NCBI GenBank assembly: GCA_037142615.1
Contig: JBAXAI010000011.1
Span: 51,418 to 115,417 of the forward strand
DNA: 64,000 nucleotides
Source of the DNA: Spirochaetales bacterium
GTDB lineage: Bacteria; Spirochaetota; Spirochaetia; JABEVK01
Direction: 5' to 3'
In this document: in pieces, positions 9,399-17,092 of the stretch
Position numbering within the stretch: the stretch's first letter is position 1
Layout of the letters: each line of letters opens with the position of its first letter
Position numbers and translations under genes: made by a program
The notes under the pieces: model-generated
The model's database searches: none
Seen by the model: the letters and a program-made list of their open reading frames with translations, nothing else
What the model was told of the DNA's origin: nothing

Positions 9399-10745
9399 CT
9401 ACAGGTCCAGCGCGACGCTCGCACTCACACTGCCCTGCGATTGCGCGCGCTGGGCGGCAGTCATTGACCCGTAGGTGCCCAGTTCGTAGGCCAAAAGCAG
9501 CGGCAAAGTTGCTGACACCGAGGCCCTCACCACCAGGAGTTTGGTGCTGAACCCGGCGGTGACGGCACCGAGCAGGGGGTCGAAGGTCGAGATCATGGTG
9601 CGATACTCACCGGGCAGAGGTTGCTGGTAGCCCAACCGTAAGAGCGCCTCGAGGCCGCTGGCCTTGATTCCAGCTTCGACTCCGGCCGCCAGTTGGCGAA
9701 GATTGACGTCACCCACCCGCGAAAGATCCAAGTCGGCGGCGAGCCAAAACGGGTTCGTGGTATCTGAGAACTTGTCGTCGGAAGGCATAACAGAGAACCC
9801 GACGGTGGTGGTGCTGAGCAAGGCCGTGGCCAACTCGCCGTTATAGGCCTTGTCCAAAAAGGGCAGCACGTTGGCGTTGTAGGCCGCCGCGTTGAGGATG
9901 CCAAGGGTGAACACCACGCCGAGGCCGACCTGAAGGCTTGAGTCGGCACCGAAGTTCGTTTGAGACGGGCCCAGAACCGAAACGAGCGACGGACCGCCAG
10001 GGTTGGAGAGTTCCTTGAGTCCCAAGAACGCGTCGTAGTGGCTGGTGGTGAAGTACCGAAGGTTCGCCCCCACCGCGACGGGCCCCAGAGGCAGACCAAG
10101 TCCGGCCACGGCGCCCAGCGTGCGCTGCACCGAAACTTCGATCGGGGTGTCGAGCCCCGCGTAGCCGGTCGGCAAAAGCGCCACGTGGTAGTCGCCGAGC
10201 AACGCAAGCCCCCAGAAACGCCCCCCCAGCAGCACGCGGGGCCTGAGGTCCAGCGGACCGAAGTTGCTCAGGTTGTCGTAGGCCGAGTACGACGCGTAGT
10301 ACTGCCGGTAGAGCAGGTACTTGTCGCCTGGGCTCAGCGAATCGAAACTCGCGGCGTCCCTGCCCAGTTCGGTCATCAACGCGGTCAGCTCGGTGCGGTA
10401 CACGGCAAAATCAACCGGGATCCAGGCTCCCAAAAAGTTGTCCCAGTACGCGTAGTGTTTGGCATTATCGGCGTACGCGAACCCGGTGCGTTCTTGCACA
10501 TCGGGCAACGAGGGAATACCGAGTAAACCCTTGTTGAACGAGGCCGAGGCGTTCAGCTCAGTGTCGAAAAAGCCCTTGCGCAAATACGCCAGCCCGGCGG
10601 GGTTGTAAAAAAGGGTGTTCATGTCGTCGCCCAAGGCGGTCATCGCCCCGGCCATTCCCTGAGCCCTGGTGTCGCCCGTTTGGGCCGAGAGCGCGAGCGG
10701 GAGCGTCAAGATGAGCGACCCAACGGTTCTGAGGATGTATTTCAT
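9399..10745 (-). CDS. Putative outer-membrane beta-barrel protein (FadL/TraF/PorV-like N-terminal motif)
   Basis: Signal peptide ending ALSA; GMAGAMTALGDDMNTLFYNPAGLA motif; alternating amphipathic strands toward the C-terminus. Confidence 0.6.
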   Translation of the reverse strand: MKYILRTVGSLILTLPLALSAQTGDTRAQGMAGAMTALGDDMNTLFYNPAGLAYLRKGFFDTELNASASFNKGLLGIPSLPDVQERTGFAYADNAKHYAYWDNFLGAWIPVDFAVYRTELTALMTELGRDAASFDSLSPGDKYLLYRQYYASYSAYDNLSNFGPLDLRPRVLLGGRFWGLALLGDYHVALLPTGYAGLDTPIEVSVQRTLGAVAGLGLPLGPVAVGANLRYFTTSHYDAFLGLKELSNPGGPSLVSVLGPSQTNFGADSSLQVGLGVVFTLGILNAAAYNANVLPFLDKAYNGELATALLSTTTVGFSVMPSDDKFSDTTNPFWLAADLDLSRVGDVNLRQLAAGVEAGIKASGLEALLRLGYQQPLPGEYRTMISTFDPLLGAVTAGFSTKLLVVRASVSATLPLLLAYELGTYGSMTAAQRAQSQGSVSASVALDL

Positions 10746-11326
10746 TGTGAAACCTTGACTTGAACGAAGTTCGACTTGCCCTGCCCGTCAGGCAGCGTGT
10801 CGCGGAACGTGACGCCTTCGACGATGTACCCGGCAGGACCGTAGCCCCACCAGCCATCGGAAGAGACCAAACCATAGCCGGTGAGTTTGTCAGCCGTCAG
10901 GCCAAACATCGAGTCCTTGAGCCATTCGAGACCTTCCCGATGGTCGTTCATCTTGAGCTCGAGAAGGTCAAAGGAGCCCTCGTAGTGAAGGACGCTCAGG
11001 TCTTTCGACAGGGGGAGTTGGTAAATGGCCCGGTAGGTGTCGTTGCCCATCAGGTCGTAAGCGCCGCTTTTCGACTGGGCGGCGAGCCAGAAGTACAGCA
11101 CCTCGGGCGAAAGGTAGTCCGACCCGAGTTCCCTCTGGAGCTCCTGGCGAGCCGCAGCGTTGATGTCAACCTGAAACAGAACGGTCGAAGGCTGGCCCGG
11201 CAGCTGGGAGGAACTGAGGGTGTAGATGGCGCGTCCAGGCAGACCTGAATCATTCCCTTGGTTGAGCGAGCACGAGAAAAGGGCAAAAAAGACAAGCGGT
11301 AGAACGCAAAGAGGTTTGCGGCGCAT
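10742..11326 (-). CDS. Hypothetical lipoprotein
   Basis: SD GGAGG, MRRK plus hydrophobic stretch and LFSC lipobox; its stop overlaps the start of the OMP gene. Confidence 0.65.
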   Translation of the reverse strand: MRRKPLCVLPLVFFALFSCSLNQGNDSGLPGRAIYTLSSSQLPGQPSTVLFQVDINAAARQELQRELGSDYLSPEVLYFWLAAQSKSGAYDLMGNDTYRAIYQLPLSKDLSVLHYEGSFDLLELKMNDHREGLEWLKDSMFGLTADKLTGYGLVSSDGWWGYGPAGYIVEGVTFRDTLPDGQGKSNFVQVKVSQ

Positions 11327-11429
11327 AGAAGCCTCCTGGGAGGACAACTTTTAGCTGATAGGGTGTTTATACACCTTAAACTCCGAAATTTCGGGGATTT
11401 CGCAAACAATTGTGGATTTTTTGGAGAAA

Positions 11430-11822
11430 TTATTCTTGGACCGGCTCGCGTGAGCGTGTCGCGGCCAATTCCCGCTCTTCGACCGTAGCGGGAAACAGGC
11501 GCTGTTCGCAACCAGCGAGGGTCACAGCCATGTGCTGGCCGGCGACGGTGAGCGAAAGGACCTTGCGGCGGCCGTCGCCCCGGCTGAGGTCACGGAAAAT
11601 GAGGCCCTTGAGGTCGAGAGTCTTGATGACCCGCGAAAGGCTGGCACCGTGGATTCGCAGCTCGTCGGCGAGATCACCTGCGCTGAGCGGACCTTTGGCC
11701 AAGCAACACAGGGCGAAGCTCTGGTTGAGATTCAGGCCGGTCTCCGTGCGCAGCGACGACTCCAGCTGCACCACCGTCGCCATGAGATCCTTGACCTGAC
11801 ACAGATCCTTGAGGTTCAGCAT
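11430..11822 (-). CDS. MarR-family transcriptional regulator
   Basis: GLNLNQ...L, SAGDLA, SLSRVIKTL..KGLI.R, DGRR..LSLT..G winged-helix signature. Confidence 0.85.
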   Translation of the reverse strand: MLNLKDLCQVKDLMATVVQLESSLRTETGLNLNQSFALCCLAKGPLSAGDLADELRIHGASLSRVIKTLDLKGLIFRDLSRGDGRRKVLSLTVAGQHMAVTLAGCEQRLFPATVEERELAATRSREPVQE

Positions 11823-11857
11823 GCGCCCATCCTAACGCCCAAGAAAGCCCTCGCCAA
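11823..11857 (-). promoter_or_regulatory. Candidate sigma70 promoter for a leaderless marR transcript
   Basis: Minus strand TTGGCG-17-TAGGAT-6 nt-ATG, with no SD. Confidence 0.45.
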
Positions 11858-11873
11858 CCTGCGTTGGCGAGGG
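11841..11873 (-). terminator. Intrinsic terminator downstream of sqr
   Basis: Perfect 11-bp stem ccctcgccaac/gttggcgaggg with a 4-nt loop, followed by CTTTCTT on the minus strand. Confidence 0.7.
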
Positions 11874-11881
11874 GTCAGCCT

Positions 11882-13159
11882 CTACTTCTTGAAGGTCTTG
11901 TAGCCCATCATGCTCAGGCCCATCTTTTCGTAAAAGGGCGCGGCAACCCCGTTGCGGATCTTACGGATGAAGTACTTTTCGAAAATGATCTTGCCCCAAT
12001 GCACCCAGATTCCCTTCTTGGCGATGGTGACGTTGCGGGGAGGAATCTGCGGAATGGCCACGAAGCCCATGCTGTTGCCGTCGCCGGTATCGGCCGCACA
12101 CAGCGCGTTCCACTCGGGAACCCTGGTCGGAGCCTGACCGTCGAGCTGCGAGCGGATGTTCACCGCGCTGGCAGCGGCCATCGATTCGATCATCACGCCC
12201 GTTTTGGGGATGCCGGTGGGAACCGCCGTCGGTTCCTTGGGAGCGATGGCCACGCACACCCCCACGCCGTAGATGTTGGGGAACTTAGGGTTCTGTTGCT
12301 GCGCGTTGATCAGGATGAACCCACGGGGGTTGGTGAGGCCTTCGATGCCCCTTACCGCGTCAACGCCAGTAAAAGCAGGCAGGATCATGGAATGCTTGAA
12401 CGGGAGCTCGTGAACCTTTTTGTCCTTGCCTTCCTCGTCGCATTCCATCACCGTCATTTTGCCGTCTTCGACCTTTTGGATCTTGGCGTTGGTGATCCAG
12501 CGGACGGTGCGGTCGCGCATCATGCCTTCCATCATCCCCTTGGAGTCGCCCACCCCACCCAAGCCGAGGTGCCCGATGTAGGGTTCGCTGGTGACGTAGG
12601 TGATGGGAACTTTGTCGCGGATGCTGCGCCGGCGCAGGTCGGTGTCGGCCTGCAGCATGTACTCGTAGGCAGGGCCAAAGCAACTGGCGCCTTGGGCAGC
12701 GCCCACGATCATCGGGCCGGGGGCTTCGCAGAACTTAGCCCAGGCGTCGAAGGTTTCGGCGGCGTGATCGACATGGCACACCGACTTGGTGAATCCTCCG
12801 TGGGGTCCAAGACCCGGGATTTCGTCAAAGGCGAGGCGGGGCCCCGTGGCGATCACGAGGTAATCGTAGGTGATCGAGGTGCCATCTTTCATCTCGATGC
12901 GATTTTCGGTGGGGTGAACCTTGGCGGCCGCCTGCTGCACAAAGGTGATCTTTTTGCGTTTGAACATGGGGGCGAGCGCCACCTTGATCTGGTCAGGACG
13001 GCGCCAGCCGAAGCCGACCCAAGGGTTCGAAGGGGTAAAGTGGAAAGTCGGACTGTCCGAGATCACCATCACCTCGTCTTCTTTCCGGGCGTGATGTTTC
13101 ATTTCGAGCGCAGCCGGTACACCGCCGACGCCAGCGCCAAGGATCACAATGCGTGCCAT
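11882..13159 (-). CDS. sqr: Sulfide:quinone oxidoreductase, type I-like
   Basis: GAGVGG FAD motif, SVCHVDHA, GASCFGPAYE, EPYIGHLGLGGVGDS, PKTG.MIESM, WNALCAAD, IPQIPPRN, FEKYF. Confidence 0.92.
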   Translation of the reverse strand: MARIVILGAGVGGVPAALEMKHHARKEDEVMVISDSPTFHFTPSNPWVGFGWRRPDQIKVALAPMFKRKKITFVQQAAAKVHPTENRIEMKDGTSITYDYLVIATGPRLAFDEIPGLGPHGGFTKSVCHVDHAAETFDAWAKFCEAPGPMIVGAAQGASCFGPAYEYMLQADTDLRRRSIRDKVPITYVTSEPYIGHLGLGGVGDSKGMMEGMMRDRTVRWITNAKIQKVEDGKMTVMECDEEGKDKKVHELPFKHSMILPAFTGVDAVRGIEGLTNPRGFILINAQQQNPKFPNIYGVGVCVAIAPKEPTAVPTGIPKTGVMIESMAAASAVNIRSQLDGQAPTRVPEWNALCAADTGDGNSMGFVAIPQIPPRNVTIAKKGIWVHWGKIIFEKYFIRKIRNGVAAPFYEKMGLSMMGYKTFKK

Positions 13160-13203
13160 GGTTCAAGTCTCCTATGGAGGAAATGTTAAGCCCACTTGCA
13201 GTA

Positions 13204-13218
13204 TTTAACAAGGTTAAA
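13204..13218. promoter_or_regulatory. Palindromic operator candidate upstream of sqr
   Basis: TTTAAC-aag-GTTAAA lies between a possible -35 (TGGACT) and -10 (AATACT) on the minus strand. Confidence 0.4.
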
Positions 13219-13230
13219 GGTTAGTCCAGT

Positions 13231-13839
13231 TTATCGGTTCACCCGGGTGCGGAATTGCTCGAGAGCCAGGAGTTCGGGGTCGCCCGAAAACCCTGCCTCG
13301 GACACCCCGACACCCTGGATGTAGCGGGCCCAAAAGTTCACTTGGGCCACCGTGGCCGCAATAACGGTAAAGGCCCTGTCCGAGAAGTGCCGGTGCAACG
13401 CCTCGATCACGGGGTCGGGAAAACGCACCGGCGTGGCACAGACGCACGCGGCGTAGCGCAAGGCAGCCGCCTCGCCGGCGGTTTCGGGGGTCGAGAACAA
13501 CGGAGAGTCCCACGGCTTGCCAGTGGCCAGGGCTTTCACCTCGGCAGCTGACACCCCTTCGGCCGCAAAGCCCTGACCGTTCAGGTCGATGCAAAACGGG
13601 CACGACACCTGGTACGAGGCGAACACCCGCAGCAGCTTGAGCAGCCGCCGGGGCACCTCGGGGTCATCGTGAATCACCAGCGCTTCCATCAGTCCCGTGC
13701 CGGCCAAAAGGCGCGGCGACCACGCGAGAATCCGGTTGGCCTCGAGGCGTTTGCCCAGCTTCCGCTCTACCTGCCCCAGCAGCCAACCCCACGGGAACGG
13801 TAGACGGGCCGGCGGGCGAACGAAGGGCTCGGGGGTCAC
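13231..13839 (-). CDS. Carboxymuconolactone decarboxylase/AhpD-like protein with CxxC
   Basis: GTG start overlapping the DUF2892 stop; S...SCPFCID motif, ALHRHFS, NFWAR. Confidence 0.75.
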   Translation of the reverse strand: MTPEPFVRPPARLPFPWGWLLGQVERKLGKRLEANRILAWSPRLLAGTGLMEALVIHDDPEVPRRLLKLLRVFASYQVSCPFCIDLNGQGFAAEGVSAAEVKALATGKPWDSPLFSTPETAGEAAALRYAACVCATPVRFPDPVIEALHRHFSDRAFTVIAATVAQVNFWARYIQGVGVSEAGFSGDPELLALEQFRTRVNR

Positions 13840-14045
13840 AACTTTTTGACCGAAATCGTCTTGACGCCAAAAACGGCCCAAATGGGGCACCAGCTGATGC
13901 TCGCAGTGACAGCCATAATAACGGCAGCGGCAAGCGCAACCCAAGCCGGCCAGCCGCTCGACCAGAACACGATTCCGGTGATGACCAGGCCAACGGCCAG
14001 CACGGCGCGGATGATTCGATCCAAAGTCCCTGTGTTTTTTTCCAT
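13836..14045 (-). CDS. DUF2892/YgaP-like small membrane protein
   Basis: MEKNTGTLDRIIR....G, two TM helices, WCP.W..FG.KT motif; SD AGGAG. Confidence 0.85.
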   Translation of the reverse strand: MEKNTGTLDRIIRAVLAVGLVITGIVFWSSGWPAWVALAAAVIMAVTASISWCPIWAVFGVKTISVKKL

Positions 14046-14063
14046 GTGTGTACTCCTAGGTTC

Positions 14064-14106
14064 AAGATAACCGGGCCGAGGCCCCTCGTCGGTGACCGCA
14101 GTCACA
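14064..14106 (-). promoter_or_regulatory. Class II Crp/Fnr-dependent promoter for DUF2892-AhpD
   Basis: Minus-strand TGTGA-ctgcgg-TCACC (14091-14106) is centred at about -41.5 relative to a TATCTT -10 element (14064-14069). Confidence 0.65.
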
Positions 14107-14755
14107 ATTGACGCAAAGTTTCGCGCTCGAGAAGCTTGAGCGAGCCCCGCGACGACTCGATCCACCCCTGACGCTCGAAGTCGCGCAGGATTCGGGTGAC
14201 CACCTCGCGGCTCGACCCGACGGCGTCGGCCAGTTCCTGATGGGTTTTGCGCACCGTGTCGTCGGCCGAGGCGACCAGCAGCGCCGCGACCCGTTGGTCG
14301 AGGTGGCGGAAGGCCAGCGCCTCGACCAGTTCGATCACCGAACCCAACCGCTGGGCCAGCTGACCAAACGCCAGCCGCCGGAACGACGGCGAGCGGCCGA
14401 CGAGCGCGACAAACAGTTCGGAAGGCACCATGACGGCCTGCGTGTCGCCATCGACCGAAACCTGAGCAGGGAAGCTGTCGCCGCCCATCAACGACGTGGC
14501 GGTGAGCGGGCAGCATTCGCCGGGACCGAGTGTGTACAGGCGGATGCGACGGGCCGAGTCGGTGGTCTTGGACACTTCCAACAGGCCTGCGAGCACCAAA
14601 GGCGCGGCCGAGCACTCGTCGCCGTCACGAACCAGCACCGTGCCACTTGGCCAGCGGACGACTTGGCGCCGGGTAAGCTCCGAGGCGAGCAAGGCATCGT
14701 CGCGGTCGAGGGAGGGGAAAGCGTTCCAGAATTGCCCGAGCTGAAGAGTGTCCAT
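14102..14755 (-). CDS. Crp/Fnr-family transcriptional regulator
   Basis: cNMP-like domain (LYTLGPGECC), LDQRVA, THQELADAVGSSREVVTRIL HTH. Confidence 0.9.
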   Translation of the reverse strand: MDTLQLGQFWNAFPSLDRDDALLASELTRRQVVRWPSGTVLVRDGDECSAAPLVLAGLLEVSKTTDSARRIRLYTLGPGECCPLTATSLMGGDSFPAQVSVDGDTQAVMVPSELFVALVGRSPSFRRLAFGQLAQRLGSVIELVEALAFRHLDQRVAALLVASADDTVRKTHQELADAVGSSREVVTRILRDFERQGWIESSRGSLKLLERETLRQL

Positions 14756-14829
14756 GGATCACCTCGGTTTCAGTGTAACAGTTCAGCCCACGGCTAGACA
14801 GTCAGGGCACTTTCGTTCAGGGTTTTGAC

Positions 14830-15747
14830 ATGAAGACCTTTTGCGTCGTTGGCAGCTTGAACATGGACATGGTGACCAGGCTCGACCACTTCCCGAGGCC
14901 GGGGGAAACCTTGACCGGCCAGTCGTTCACCATCTTCCCCGGCGGAAAAGGCGCCAATCAGGCCGTTGCCCTCGCCCGCTTGGGCTGCGACGTGGTGTTG
15001 GTCGGTTCGGTGGGCGACGATTTTCTGGGCCACCGTTACCGCGACACGCTGCGCCAGGAATCGGTGGGAGTCGACAGCGTGGTGCTGCAGGGCGGCGAAA
15101 CCGGGACCGCAAGCATTCAAGTCAACGCCACCGGCGAAAACACCATCGTCGTGGTGCCTGGGGCCAACGCCAAGGTGACCCCCGAAGTGGTCCGGCTGCA
15201 CGCCGAGCTCATCGCTCGCTCGGAACTCGTGCTGCTGCAGTTGGAAATTCCCATCGAAAGCACTCTCGAAGCGGCCAGGATTGCCCGCGCGGCGGGCCGC
15301 ACGGTGCTTCTCGACCCAGCGCCAGCCCGTCCCCTGCCCGACGAGCTGTGGGGTTTGGTCTCGATTCTGACCCCCAACGAAACCGAGGCGAGTCTGCTTT
15401 CGGGTTGCGACGCCTCGACCGAAGAGGGTCTGCGGGCAGCGGCGCATTGGCTAGTGAACCGGGGGGTCCCGACGGTGGTGATCAAGGCCGGCAGCCGGGG
15501 GGCCTACCTGGCCACCAGTGAGGGCGTGGTCGCGGTGCCGGGGTTTCCCGTCGAAGTGGTCGATACCGTGGCCGCCGGCGATTCGTTCAACGCCGGTTTA
15601 GCCTGCGCGCTGGGCAAAGGACAGCCCCTGGTCCGCGCCATCCGGTTTGCCAACGCGGTCGCGGCGCTATCGACCACGAGCACGGGGGCCCAGAGCGCCA
15701 TGCCCACCTACGCGGCGGCCCGCGAGCTGTTTGAGTCCTGGGACTAG
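14830..15747 (+). CDS. rbsK: Ribokinase (PfkB family)
   Basis: VVGSLNMD, GGKGANQA, LLQLEIP, PNETEA, DTVAAGDSF, GAQSAMP. Confidence 0.92.
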   Translation: MKTFCVVGSLNMDMVTRLDHFPRPGETLTGQSFTIFPGGKGANQAVALARLGCDVVLVGSVGDDFLGHRYRDTLRQESVGVDSVVLQGGETGTASIQVNATGENTIVVVPGANAKVTPEVVRLHAELIARSELVLLQLEIPIESTLEAARIARAAGRTVLLDPAPARPLPDELWGLVSILTPNETEASLLSGCDASTEEGLRAAAHWLVNRGVPTVVIKAGSRGAYLATSEGVVAVPGFPVEVVDTVAAGDSFNAGLACALGKGQPLVRAIRFANAVAALSTTSTGAQSAMPTYAAARELFESWD

Positions 15748-15812
15748 CCAGGGAATAGCCCCGCGTTTCGGGCCGCCCTTGACACCTCACCGGGGAAGAC
15801 CGATGATCGCGC

Positions 15813-17030
15813 ATGGGTGTGGCTATCCCCCTGCGGGAAAGAACGTCGGAAGAACTCTTGACGTCGCTGCTTGCTCTGGCCAAGGGCCACTCCGTTCTTT
15901 ATGTCGATGACCATCGGGTGGCGTGCGCCGACATCAAAGGCATGCTGGAGTCGGTGTTCACCCGGGTCGTTTCGGTCGAAACTGCCGCCGCCGCGCGCGA
16001 GGTGTTCGCCCTTGAGCCCTTCGCGCTGGTGATCACCGAACTGCTCCTACCCGATGCCAAGGGCCTTGACTTGATCACTGACCTGTGGGCAAGCCAGCCG
16101 CGACAGGCTTTCCTCGTCACGTCGAACTCGAGCCGGGCCGACGATCTGATCCCCCTGTTCAATTTGGGAATCGGCAGCTTTGTCCTCAAGCCCCTGAACT
16201 GGCGCCTGTTTCTGGGGTTGCTCCACCGGGAGCTGGCCTCGGCACAAGCGCTGCGCGAAGAAAACCGCTACCAGGAGCGCCTCGAAGCCGAGGTGCGCGA
16301 GCGTACGTCCCAATTGCAGGCCAGTCAGGGCCAAGTGCTTCGCTTGCAGGGAGCCAAAGACACGATGCTGAGCCTGATCAGCCACGAACTTCGCACGCCG
16401 CTGAATGGAATTCTGGGGTTTTTGGAGCTCGTCAAAATGGACCCGACCTCGGCCGACGTGGGAGAGTTCTTGGGGCAGATCGAAACCTCTGCGCATCGCC
16501 TGGAACGGTCGGCGGTGAGAATCCTGGACTACGCCTCGGCTTCCTCGGGGACCAGCGCTTCCCAATTGGGCCTCTACCCGCTGGCGGACCTGCTCGCCCT
16601 GGCCCGGGCGGCCCTGCGTGAGGGGATGGGCGAGTTGCTCGAGATCCGCTGGGCGACCGGGGCGGCCGGCGCCGACCTGCGCACCGACCGCGACCTCGCC
16701 GTCGAAGTGTTCCGCAGTCTGCTCGAAAACACCGCGAAGTACGCCGCGCACCCGACTGCCGTCGTTCAGGTGTCGTTGGTGCAGGAAACCAACTGGACCT
16801 TCGTTACCCTGCGCGATGATGGGCCCGGCTTCCCGCCAACCCTCCTGGGGACGGAGTTCGCTCCCTTCAGTTCGGGCAACGTGATGCATCACAAGGAAGG
16901 ACTGGGCCTTGGGCTGGCCTTGGTCGATGTCCTCATGCTCGGCCTGGGTGGCTTGGTCGAGGCGCGTAACCCCGAACACGGCGGCGCTGAGCTGCGGCTC
17001 AGGTTCCCTTCGTATAAATCTAGATCATAA
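15813..17030 (+). CDS. Hybrid receiver-histidine kinase with an atypical receiver
   Basis: LYVDD...VITELLLP...KP receiver, ISHELRTPL H-box, LLENTAKY, DDGPG, GLGLGLA. Confidence 0.85.
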   Translation: MGVAIPLRERTSEELLTSLLALAKGHSVLYVDDHRVACADIKGMLESVFTRVVSVETAAAAREVFALEPFALVITELLLPDAKGLDLITDLWASQPRQAFLVTSNSSRADDLIPLFNLGIGSFVLKPLNWRLFLGLLHRELASAQALREENRYQERLEAEVRERTSQLQASQGQVLRLQGAKDTMLSLISHELRTPLNGILGFLELVKMDPTSADVGEFLGQIETSAHRLERSAVRILDYASASSGTSASQLGLYPLADLLALARAALREGMGELLEIRWATGAAGADLRTDRDLAVEVFRSLLENTAKYAAHPTAVVQVSLVQETNWTFVTLRDDGPGFPPTLLGTEFAPFSSGNVMHHKEGLGLGLALVDVLMLGLGGLVEARNPEHGGAELRLRFPSYKSRS

Positions 17031-17092
17031 AAATAAATAGGCCCACCAAACCCTAGACACGGACGTCCGATAAACGGAGGATCAGGGAGGAC

